Positions 39,201-46,891 of a stretch of DNA of 64,000 nucleotides are shown one piece after another. The notes under the pieces were generated by a model. That model made no database searches. It saw only the letters and a list, made by a program, of their open reading frames with translations, and was not told where the DNA came from. Source of the stretch: Deltaproteobacteria bacterium (GTDB taxonomy: Bacteria; Desulfobacterota; Desulfomonilia; Desulfomonilales; Desulfomonilaceae); the NCBI GenBank assembly GCA_026388665.1, contig JAPLJJ010000052.1:1780-65779 (forward strand). Reading direction: 5' to 3'. Numbering within the stretch: the stretch's first letter is position 1; every line of letters starts with the position of its first letter. Both the position numbers and the translations under genes were made by a program.

Positions 39201-40190
39201 TTAACCACCTATGGAATTCATTCCAATGTTGATCTTCTTAATGCTGGAAAAACGGCTGGCTGGTTTAGCCAAGACCGCTGTTCTGATGTACATTTCGATT
39301 TGTTCATCATCCGGCAAGGCCCTTAAGAACGATTTCATGTCAATTTCCGTGGGGCTCAATAAACATGGACGTAAGGAGCCTCGAGCCGTCAACCTCAATC
39401 GATTGCAGGTTGCGCAAAAGTGCCCGGTTACTGGATCAATTACACCAATTCTTCCTTGCGCTCCGTCGATTTTGTACATCCTGGCCGGACCATCCTGTCG
39501 AGACCGCTCTGTCGGGGTCAAGTTTCCAAAAGCCCGCTCAACAATCTTGATCGCATCTAATGCGCTAAAAGAGTCCGGGGAATCGGCCGGAGGCATATCC
39601 ACGCCAAAAGGCATCCTTTCTATGAATCTCACATCAATGGGTTTTGACAAGGTTAGCTTGGCAAATTCCGGAATATCCGCTTCATTCACCCCCTTGAGTA
39701 GCACTACGTTAAGCTTAATAGGATCAAAGCCCACTTCAAAACAGGAATCAATTCCTCTCAATACCTTTTCCAGCTCGTCGGTGCCCGTTATCGCCACGAA
39801 GCTGTCTCGCCTAAGAGTGTCCAAACTGATGTTGACCCTTCTCAGTCCAGCCTGACTTAGACCCATGGCCATTTCAGACAACCTCGAGCCGTTAGTGGTT
39901 AACGCTACGTCTTCAAATCCGATCTCAGAGGTTAATCTCGAAATAAAATCCAGGACACCTCGCCTGACCAGTGGTTCACCGCCAGTGACGCGGACTTTAC
40001 GAATTCCTAAATTGCCGGCTGCTGACGCAATCCTCAAAATCTCTTCATATCTGAGGATATCCGAGTGAGGAACCAGTTTCACGCCTTGTGGAGGCCTACA
40101 ATAAACGCATCTAAAATTGCATAGGTCAGTAATTGAGATACGTAAGTAATCAATTATTCGACCGTGATGATCAACAAGATTTCGGCGCAT
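39201..40190 (-). CDS. moaA: GTP 3',8-cyclase (molybdenum cofactor biosynthesis protein A)
   Basis: YLRISITDLCNFRCVYCRP radical SAM motif, VRVTGGEPLVRR, the C-terminal cluster CATCNRLRLTARGSLRPCL, and a GG tail. Confidence 0.9.
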   Translation of the reverse strand: MRRNLVDHHGRIIDYLRISITDLCNFRCVYCRPPQGVKLVPHSDILRYEEILRIASAAGNLGIRKVRVTGGEPLVRRGVLDFISRLTSEIGFEDVALTTNGSRLSEMAMGLSQAGLRRVNISLDTLRRDSFVAITGTDELEKVLRGIDSCFEVGFDPIKLNVVLLKGVNEADIPEFAKLTLSKPIDVRFIERMPFGVDMPPADSPDSFSALDAIKIVERAFGNLTPTERSRQDGPARMYKIDGAQGRIGVIDPVTGHFCATCNRLRLTARGSLRPCLLSPTEIDMKSFLRALPDDEQIEMYIRTAVLAKPASRFSSIKKINIGMNSIGG

Positions 40191-40346
40191 ACTTTAGACC
40201 ATGAGTTCAATAAAAGGAGGCCGGCCTTTGACTAGCCTCGGGGTTGTTTAAAAATAAGCCGTTTTAGTGTCTTAGGCAAATCGAAGGAGCCATTTGCCAT
40301 TAAACAAAACTTATCGCGCTGCATGGACAGTGTTCTCTACAGCGGC

Positions 40347-41669
40347 TCACAATCTCGCTATGAGATCAACTATGGACGAAGGATCCTTGCCGAATAGTCT
40401 TATCAAAGGGACCTTGCCCATTGATCCCCTGTCGAATATTGCGTCCGGCACTCTACCAAGTTCCTCCATAACATCTTGGACCCCCCATGCTAAAGTGCTG
40501 CCCTCTTCTTTTTCAAGGTCCGGCGGGGTCCTGTTTCTGTCGAACTCGGCAACTGAAAATCCGAGGGTACGTATCCTCTTAACCAATGTGTCGGAATAAA
40601 CAATATTCATGGCAGCGCGCCTGTGGGGATCATAGTCCATTGCAGCTAGAACCAGGTGATGGATCTGACGGGACGCGCCGAATTTCGCGCCTCGCAATGT
40701 TTCGATTGTATTCACCAGTCTAATTATACGACCCGGGAATGACGCTACGTCGTTAACTGTTTCAGCGTATGGGATAGCATAGGCTAAATTCGATTGAACC
40801 TCCGGAATCAGATGCCCTATGTTCAGGCGTTTCAACCTCTCCAGAGCTTTGTCGAGTTCTTCTATAACCTGGGTCCTGGCAATCTCCCGAGCGATAGACG
40901 CGTAATGATTTAGAGGCCCTATTCCTTTACCGATACCCAAAGAAAATCTCAAGGCTCGATACAAGTGCCTTTTCGCCTTGTCAATGGACTCCATCACCGG
41001 CATTCCACCGGCCAGCAGGGTCGAGATAGCAGCAGACAAGGTGCAACCCGTCCCGTGAGTGTGACGGGTCCGAACACGTTGTGTTTGAAATTCATAGTCC
41101 TGTAATCCGTCATGGAGCACGTCTACAGGAGTGTCCTTCAAATGTCCCCCTTTTATCAAAACGTATCTCGGCCCCATCTTTTGTAATTTTTTCGCAGCCT
41201 TCTTCATGTCGGGAACGTCATTAATTTTCCGTCCAAAAAAGATCTCAGCCTCAGGAATGTTGGGGGTCAGTAGGTAACAAATAGGAAACAGCTTTTCGAC
41301 CATAGTTTTTCTGCCTGACTCGTCTAAAAGTATGGAACCTGTTTTCGACAAAATGACAGGATCAACAACTAACTTCTCAATTCTATATCTTGTTAGCTGA
41401 TCAGCCACAACTGCAACTATTTCTCCATTGCCCAGCATACCGGTTTTTACGCAATCGGCCCCTATATCACTAAGAACAACATCGATCTGCTTGGCTACAA
41501 AATCCGGCTCTACGAGTTTTATCCCTTGCACGCCCAAGGTATTCTGAGCGGTCAAGGCCGTGATCACGCTCATGCCGTAACCACCAAGAGATAAAATGGT
41601 TTTGAGATCGGCCTGTATGCCTGCCCCGCCCCCTGAATCCGAACCAGCTATTGAAAGAACCTTGTTCAT
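40347..41669 (-). CDS. thiD: bifunctional hydroxymethylpyrimidine/phosphomethylpyrimidine kinase with C-terminal ThiN-like domain (ThiDN-type)
   Basis: VLSIAGSDSGGGAGIQADLKT, VKTGML and HGTGCTLSAAI are ThiD motifs. An extra ~175-aa C-terminal domain follows, consistent with the ThiN fusion known from archaeal ThiDN. The start is placed at ATG 41669. Confidence 0.75.
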   Translation of the reverse strand: MNKVLSIAGSDSGGGAGIQADLKTILSLGGYGMSVITALTAQNTLGVQGIKLVEPDFVAKQIDVVLSDIGADCVKTGMLGNGEIVAVVADQLTRYRIEKLVVDPVILSKTGSILLDESGRKTMVEKLFPICYLLTPNIPEAEIFFGRKINDVPDMKKAAKKLQKMGPRYVLIKGGHLKDTPVDVLHDGLQDYEFQTQRVRTRHTHGTGCTLSAAISTLLAGGMPVMESIDKAKRHLYRALRFSLGIGKGIGPLNHYASIAREIARTQVIEELDKALERLKRLNIGHLIPEVQSNLAYAIPYAETVNDVASFPGRIIRLVNTIETLRGAKFGASRQIHHLVLAAMDYDPHRRAAMNIVYSDTLVKRIRTLGFSVAEFDRNRTPPDLEKEEGSTLAWGVQDVMEELGRVPDAIFDRGSMGKVPLIRLFGKDPSSIVDLIARL

Positions 41670-41862
41670 GACCTTCCCCAAAATCCAAATTAAAACCGGT
41701 CAATCTTTTTATCCCGAGTATAATTCATCATTGTAACAACTACCCAAGTATTTTCCAAACAATCAACAATCAAATATGTTGTTGTATGAACCCCTGAGAT
41801 TCTATACTACCGTCGTATGGCTCCTTGAGCTAAGTGGAGATTTGAAGATGGGAGGCTAAGAT

Positions 41863-43311
41863 TTGAACGAGAATTTGATATCCAGAATGAAACCAGCGCC
41901 TGTTCTCGTCGCTGGGGATGTAATGGTTGATGAATACGTAATAGGTGACGTTGAAAGAATTTCCCCTGAATCGCCAGTACCCGTCTTATTGGCAAAGGAT
42001 CGACACAGGCGTCTTGGAGGGGCGGGAAACGTCGTCAGAAATGTCGTTTCCATGGGAGGCGCCGTAGCCTTGTTCGCTACGATCGGCGGAGACGCGGCTG
42101 GAGAATGGTTCAAACGGCACTGCTCTGAAATTGGAGTGGATACTTTCTGGTTAAGATCTGAGAGATCGAGACCTACAACAATAAAGACTAGAGTTGTAGC
42201 TCGAAACCAGCAGATAGTTCGGATTGATGAGGAGTACGTTGGCGATATACCCTTTGACCTCGAAAAAAAAGTTCTAGATGACATAAGGTCAGTGACTCCT
42301 CAAGTGAAGGCCGTAATAGTATCCGACTATGGTAAGGGGTTCCTATCAAACACTATTTTGAATGGGTTATTTGCGACAGCCCGATCAGAAGGAGTCCCTT
42401 CTCTTGTAGATCCTAAAGGTATGGATTTTAGTCGATATCGTGGCGCGACTTATATAACTCCGAATGTACGTGAAGCTTCTCTGGCTTCCGGTATAGAAAT
42501 AAAGAACAAGGAAACACTTGAAAAAGCTGGCCGAATTTTGCTCGAACAAACGCAAGCTGAAGGAATAATTGTAACTCGCGGAAAAGACGGAATTACTCTG
42601 GTAACCAGAACCAAAATTCAGGATTTCCTGGTAAAACCTGTTGAAATTGTTGATGTTACTGGAGCTGGAGATACGGTGATCGCTACCCTTGCTCTCGCAG
42701 TGGCGAGTGGGCTTTCTATCGAAGAAGCCGCGCAAATGGCAAACCTGGCGGCTTCACTGGTTGTCGCGCGCTTCGGGGCGGCCTCTGTAACCCTTGACGA
42801 AATGCTAAACTCTCTCAAGAATTGGCCGCAGGGTCGAAAGGTTATCACTCGGGACGAGCTAGGTAGGGTTATCAGAAATCATAGACTGCAGGGCCAATTC
42901 ATAGTTTTCACTAACGGCTGTTTTGATCTGTTCCATGTGGGACATCTTGAACTTCTCCGCAAGGCATCCGCTTTGGGAGACATTTTAATTGTAGCTGTCA
43001 ACTCTGATGAATCAGTTCAAAAAATAAAAGGCTCAGGAAGACCGATTGTGGATGAAAAAGATAGGCTGGAACTAGTTTCAGCCTTAAATTGTGTAGATTA
43101 TGTTGTGTCTTTTGATGAAGACACTCCTTATAACCTTATAAAAGAAATTAAACCGGATATCCTGGTAAAAGGAGAAGATTGGAAAGGGAAAAAAGTTGTC
43201 GGGGAAGACATTGTAAACGAGCGGGGGGGTAAAGTTCAATTTGTACAGCTTGTGGGCGATGTTTCGACAAGTTCTCTTATTAATAAAGTCCTTTCCAATA
43301 GGAAAAATTAG
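41863..43311 (+). CDS. hldE: bifunctional D-beta-D-heptose 7-phosphate kinase / D-beta-D-heptose 1-phosphate adenylyltransferase
   Basis: N-terminal PfkB-type kinase (VLVAGDVMVDEY, DVTGAGDTV). C-terminal cytidylyltransferase (VFTNGCFDLFHVGHLELL). TTG start 6 nt after GGAGG. Confidence 0.9.
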   Translation: MNENLISRMKPAPVLVAGDVMVDEYVIGDVERISPESPVPVLLAKDRHRRLGGAGNVVRNVVSMGGAVALFATIGGDAAGEWFKRHCSEIGVDTFWLRSERSRPTTIKTRVVARNQQIVRIDEEYVGDIPFDLEKKVLDDIRSVTPQVKAVIVSDYGKGFLSNTILNGLFATARSEGVPSLVDPKGMDFSRYRGATYITPNVREASLASGIEIKNKETLEKAGRILLEQTQAEGIIVTRGKDGITLVTRTKIQDFLVKPVEIVDVTGAGDTVIATLALAVASGLSIEEAAQMANLAASLVVARFGAASVTLDEMLNSLKNWPQGRKVITRDELGRVIRNHRLQGQFIVFTNGCFDLFHVGHLELLRKASALGDILIVAVNSDESVQKIKGSGRPIVDEKDRLELVSALNCVDYVVSFDEDTPYNLIKEIKPDILVKGEDWKGKKVVGEDIVNERGGKVQFVQLVGDVSTSSLINKVLSNRKN

Positions 43312-43350
43312 GCCTCGTTACAAAGCCGTTTCTTTTTGGCCACGCTGAAA

Positions 43351-45594
43351 TTATCTTCTATCCCGGCGCGGTCTCACATTTCTTCTTTCTCTTTGATTAT
43401 CCGGTTCCGGCGGTCTGTTTGGGCGCGGAGGACGCTTGATGTCTTCGAGCGCTACACCGAGTGGTCCGCCGGACACGACTGTTGTAGTTATTTCATTATT
43501 GTTCATAATACTTAATGTTACTTGAGGAGTCCTCGTGTATTCCTCAACCAATTTCTTGAGGCTTGTCACTCTCAGTCCTGTCTCACCGGCGTATTCAACC
43601 AATACATCACCGGGGATTATTCCAACACGGTCCGCAATACTTCCCTTTTGAACTTCGACCACTTTTACACCGGGAGATGTTTCTAATTCTTGTAAACGAG
43701 CAAGAATTATTCGCGCATTAATGGTGTCTCCCATTTTTCGGAATTCCGACAAGGCTTGAGTGTAAAGCTCCTTACTCTTAAAGGTCCGGTTTCTTTCCGC
43801 GTATATTCCGGCAAGGGTCGCTTTCACGCGGGCTACCCATTTTGGATCTTCCCGCTGTTCGTAAAGCTTCAACGCTTTTTCAAGGTCCTCAATTGCGTTG
43901 TCCCACTGCTGTTGCTGCGCGGCGAACATGGCCTGACGGAAAAGCCTGATCCCATCTTCCTCGCTAGGCGGCAGCGTGGAGTTCGATGTGGATTCATAGG
44001 ATGAGCCACCATCAGAAGAACTTTTCCTAGCGGTTTTCGTGTCCAAGTCCTCCGCATCATCTTCCATTACCACGCGAAAACCAAGGTTCCAGAAACTCAT
44101 TGTGTCGCCTGAAAAACCTCTGAAAGCGCATCTGCAGTCGGCTGGGCTAGCGAACCAATTTCCACCCTTGTTAACTCGCGATGTTCCCGTTGGGGGCCCC
44201 TTTGGATCCTCAATAGCCGAGGTTTCAAAGTAATTTCGATCATAATAATCCTGTACCCACTCCATGACGTTGCCCTCAATATCATAGAGCCCAAAACTAT
44301 TGGGAGGATAGCTGCCTACAGGAGCTACATATTCATATCCATCATTGACGGTGGTCAGACTGTCGGGCAATTTTGAGTTACCATCCCCGAAATTTGTGTC
44401 TTTGTCTCCAGGGAGTTTATTCCCCCATGGATATCGTGCCCAGACAGCGCCTCCGCGACACGCCATTTCCCACTCAGCTTCCGTCGGTAACCTATAATTT
44501 CGTTTTTCCTTACGACTCAACCATTTGCAGAAAGCCTGAGCGTCGTTCCACGAAACAAAAACCACTGGTTGATCATCAGCCAACTTCCAGGGGACCAAAT
44601 CCCACTTCATGTTCTTCTGTGGTACCCATCGTTCTTCTTTGTTGCTAAATATCATCCCCCCGTCGCCCTTTTCCGCGTCAGTTTTATATTTGGTCTCGTT
44701 TATAAAATCCCTGAACTGGCGGATGGTTACCTCATACGCGCCCAGATAGAACGGTCGAGTTATACGAACAGGATGCAACGGTGTCTCATCCTGAAACCAT
44801 TGTTTATGGCCTTCTCTCCATGTCCTGCGGAAGGTAAGCCTCAGCCAGTCCAACTCTTGTTTAGGACTCCCCATCATGTATTCCATGGCCGGTATCCTCA
44901 CCAATTTCATGCTGACTGAATTGGTATGTGTAATTTGCTTCTTTGGGGATTCGAACAATACATTTAGGCCCTGCAAAGATCTCAGCCAGTCAGCACAGTC
45001 ACGGCTCTCTCCCTGTCCTCCCTGACAGTCCTTCAACGTCTGCCGGAGTATTTCAGCAGCCCTTACAGAATCCCCGGAAAGGACAAGTTCTCCTGCCTTT
45101 CTAATTTTTTCAGAAGGAGACTCGGATGTATGGGTGTTGTTGCCCGTGTTGGAATTCTTAGATGTATCAGAAGTGTTCTGGGCGAACAGGGTGTTGTAGG
45201 GTTGGTGTTGATTGGAGGCTGAACCGGAACCCGGTCCTATCAGATAGGTTGGTGGTGTGGTTTTCATAGCCAAAATATTTGCTTGTTTTTTTTCTGTGCC
45301 AACGTGAGAGCTTTGACTCGCGTGGCACGTCAAATTTCGGGAAGGTAGAGACATTAGCGCGGCCACTAGAGCAACGACAATCGGAGCAATAACGATCCGT
45401 TCGAGTTTAGTTTGGTTGATGGGACCTTGATTAGCGGAAAAAAGCTTCTCGCTGATCCCCTTATGATCATGAACAATAATGTTATTTCTTTTGGCGAGAT
45501 GATATGTTTTAGCGATACTTGAAGTAATATATCGTGAATAGTAAACGTTAACTAGTATCATTATGCCATTGAAATTAATTTTTAAAATATTCAT
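43351..45594 (-). CDS. membrane-anchored FGE-sulfatase (SUMF1) domain protein with TPR-like region and C-terminal PDZ domain
   Basis: One TM segment (IVIAPIVVALVAALMSL). SUMF1 blocks are MKLVRIPAMEYMMGSP, PLHPVRITRPFYLGAYEVT, VSWNDAQAFCKWLS, YRLPTEAEWEMACRGG, FGLYDIEGNVMEWVQD and RVNKGGNWF...CRCAFRG. The helical repeat region is WDNAIEDLEKALKLYE... and the PDZ-like region is GVKVVEVQKGSIADRVGIIPGDVLVEYAG. The tail is Arg/Pro-rich. The start codon is uncertain. Confidence 0.8.
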   Translation of the reverse strand: MNILKINFNGIMILVNVYYSRYITSSIAKTYHLAKRNNIIVHDHKGISEKLFSANQGPINQTKLERIVIAPIVVALVAALMSLPSRNLTCHASQSSHVGTEKKQANILAMKTTPPTYLIGPGSGSASNQHQPYNTLFAQNTSDTSKNSNTGNNTHTSESPSEKIRKAGELVLSGDSVRAAEILRQTLKDCQGGQGESRDCADWLRSLQGLNVLFESPKKQITHTNSVSMKLVRIPAMEYMMGSPKQELDWLRLTFRRTWREGHKQWFQDETPLHPVRITRPFYLGAYEVTIRQFRDFINETKYKTDAEKGDGGMIFSNKEERWVPQKNMKWDLVPWKLADDQPVVFVSWNDAQAFCKWLSRKEKRNYRLPTEAEWEMACRGGAVWARYPWGNKLPGDKDTNFGDGNSKLPDSLTTVNDGYEYVAPVGSYPPNSFGLYDIEGNVMEWVQDYYDRNYFETSAIEDPKGPPTGTSRVNKGGNWFASPADCRCAFRGFSGDTMSFWNLGFRVVMEDDAEDLDTKTARKSSSDGGSSYESTSNSTLPPSEEDGIRLFRQAMFAAQQQQWDNAIEDLEKALKLYEQREDPKWVARVKATLAGIYAERNRTFKSKELYTQALSEFRKMGDTINARIILARLQELETSPGVKVVEVQKGSIADRVGIIPGDVLVEYAGETGLRVTSLKKLVEEYTRTPQVTLSIMNNNEITTTVVSGGPLGVALEDIKRPPRPNRPPEPDNQRERRNVRPRRDRR

Positions 45595-45843
45595 ATCAAA
45601 AATTCCTTGACAAAAAATACAATCAAGGGAATTGTAGCAGAGAAAAGGGGTGAGTCAAGTGTGGACTTTAGAGATGGGACTCATGCTTTATCGGTATCAG
45701 GTGATAACTTAGAAAAAGATTGACAACACCCAGTAAACATGGTACCGATTAACAAACGTTTTTTGGTTTTTCTATAGGGAGCAACTGTTTTCGGTTAGAG
45801 AACAGCGAATTTATTCTCGTTTAATGAGGAGGTAACGATTTCA

Positions 45844-46236
45844 ATGAGAAGATTTGCAGTGACGCTCGCGGTTGTAGGTATGGTTATGTTGTTCGCTTCA
45901 TACGGCTTTGGATTCTATGCGTGGGCTCCATATTCTTCATGGGGCAACGCGTCATCCAGCAGTAGCAGCGGAAACTATACAGCCAGTTCATCAAGTAGTG
46001 GCTATTATTGGCCGGCAAGCTCCTCAAGCAGCAGTGGAACAGTAGCTTATTGCTGTGTTCCTGCTTCCAGCAGCAGCAGCGGCTCATATTGGCCTGCTTC
46101 TTCAAGCAGCAGTGGAACAGTAGCTTATTGCTGTGTTCCTGCTTCCAGCAGCAGCAGTGGCAATTATTATTGGCCGGCAAGCTCCTCAAGCAGCGGTTAC
46201 TATCCTGCGAGCAGCTCTTCAAGTGGCTGGTTCTAA
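45844..46236 (+). CDS. small signal-peptide-bearing Ser-rich repeat protein (8 x (P)ASSSSSG with aromatic/Cys-Cys linkers)
   Basis: GAGGAGG lies 11 nt upstream of the ATG. The N-terminus MRRFAVTLAVVGMVMLFASYGFGFYAWA is hydrophobic. The gene has its own downstream hairpin + T-tract. The repeat architecture is preserved only in this frame; the other two overlapping ORFs translate the same CAG/AGC-rich repeats into low-complexity junk. Confidence 0.65.
   Translation: MRRFAVTLAVVGMVMLFASYGFGFYAWAPYSSWGNASSSSSSGNYTASSSSSGYYWPASSSSSSGTVAYCCVPASSSSSGSYWPASSSSSGTVAYCCVPASSSSSGNYYWPASSSSSGYYPASSSSSGWF
46004..46194 (+). repeat. intragenic perfect direct repeats (56 nt x2 with a 78-nt period; 29 nt x2)
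   Basis: 46024-46079 is identical to 46102-46157, and the next base differs only synonymously (AGC/AGT). 46004-46032 is identical to 46166-46194. Checked base by base in the given sequence. Confidence 0.9.
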
Positions 46237-46290
46237 GATCAATTTGTGAAACGGCATTATCCTAGCTTTTTAACTTAGAAAGCTTAGTGG

Positions 46291-46327
46291 AAAAAGGCGA
46301 TCTTTCATGTGAGGATCGCTTTTTTTG
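46291..46327 (+). terminator. rho-independent terminator after the repeat-protein gene
   Basis: AAAAAGGCGATC-(11-nt loop)-GATCGCTTTTTTTG. The stem is extended by A/T pairing and followed by a T-tract. Confidence 0.5.
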
Positions 46328-46350
46328 TTTTCATTGGGTTTGTTTTTGCC

Positions 46351-46824
46351 ATGAGGAAAAATCTCTACAATTTCGTTTTTTGCTCGTTATGTTTTATCAG
46401 CCTCGCCTGCTTCAGTGCGTGCCAGGAACATAGGGCGCAAACCAAAACAAAAGAAGCTCCTCCTGAATTACTGGGAACTTGGGTGCTGACCAATCGAATT
46501 ATTGATGGACAGGACACTCCGGTACAGGAGCGCCTGATAAAACTTACTTTCAAAAAGGAGGGGGTATTTCAGGCAAGCTACAAGGGTGAGCCTCGTCAGG
46601 CATGGATCTCCGCCGGGCGAGGAGCTTTTTTGTGCAATCCCCCAATGTTATCTTTGTTTTGGGATTCTGGGAGAGTCGTGCCTCTTCTGATTGGTGAATT
46701 AACGTCTGAGAGATTGCGCGTACACCACGGAAGAAACACTGTCCCAATAAAGGACCAGGAACCCGATGAAATTTTCCAAAAGGCACCTCAAGAAAAGGGA
46801 CCTACCAAAGGCGGCGCGTCCTAA
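46351..46824 (+). CDS. hypothetical lipoprotein
   Basis: MRKNLYNFVFCSLCFISLACFSAC is a signal peptide with a lipobox-like LACFSAC. The start is moved to ATG 46351 because the GTG-46309 extension would overlap the upstream terminator. Confidence 0.55.
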   Translation: MRKNLYNFVFCSLCFISLACFSACQEHRAQTKTKEAPPELLGTWVLTNRIIDGQDTPVQERLIKLTFKKEGVFQASYKGEPRQAWISAGRGAFLCNPPMLSLFWDSGRVVPLLIGELTSERLRVHHGRNTVPIKDQEPDEIFQKAPQEKGPTKGGAS

Positions 46825-46891
46825 CAAGACTTGGAACACATCCTAGCTACAATCCTTGATCATTCCGACTCCAAGCCTTTTTTCGTCTCAA

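Noticed and set aside
39211-39855. 214-aa ORF antisense to moaA, together with other long shadow ORFs: 30583-31101 in dsrB, 61788-62432 in tauE, 6736-7239 in the dsrM-like gene, 41856-42284 opposite hldE, 26458-26916 opposite cbiA-like, and 1598-1987 opposite ssb.
   Set aside because: All lie entirely within strongly motif-supported genes in another frame or strand. They have biased Ser/Arg/Pro-rich composition and no recognisable motifs, so they are typical shadow ORFs.
40191-40346. Possible Moco riboswitch in the 156-nt leader of moaA. The minus strand reads ..CCCCGAGGCUAGUCAAAGGCCGGCCUCC.., with fragments resembling the CCGAG / AAAGG / CCUCC conserved pieces.
   Set aside because: The pieces are compressed into ~30 nt, without the intervening P2-P4 stems expected for the ~140-nt Moco motif. 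I cannot build the fold by eye. A cmsearch with Rfam RF01055 would settle it.
41682-41862. TPP riboswitch expected upstream of thiD (minus strand).
   Set aside because: No CUGAGA ... ACCUGAUCUGGAUAAUGCCAGCG-like elements occur on the minus strand. The only CTGAGA is on the plus strand, facing hldE.
45961-46236. The repetitive DNA could be mistaken for a CRISPR-like or tandem non-coding repeat array.
   Set aside because: The repeat period (78 nt) is a multiple of three and lies inside an ORF. There is no repeat-spacer alternation and there are no cas genes in the window.
45884-46265. Two further ORFs over the Ser-repeat gene: minus strand 45884-46222 (112 aa), and plus strand in another frame 46008-46265 (85 aa).
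   Set aside because: They translate the same AGC/CAG-rich repeats into Cys/Leu/Gln-rich low-complexity strings and have no Shine-Dalgarno and no signal. Only the 45844 frame has an SD, a signal-like N-terminus and a coherent repeat architecture.
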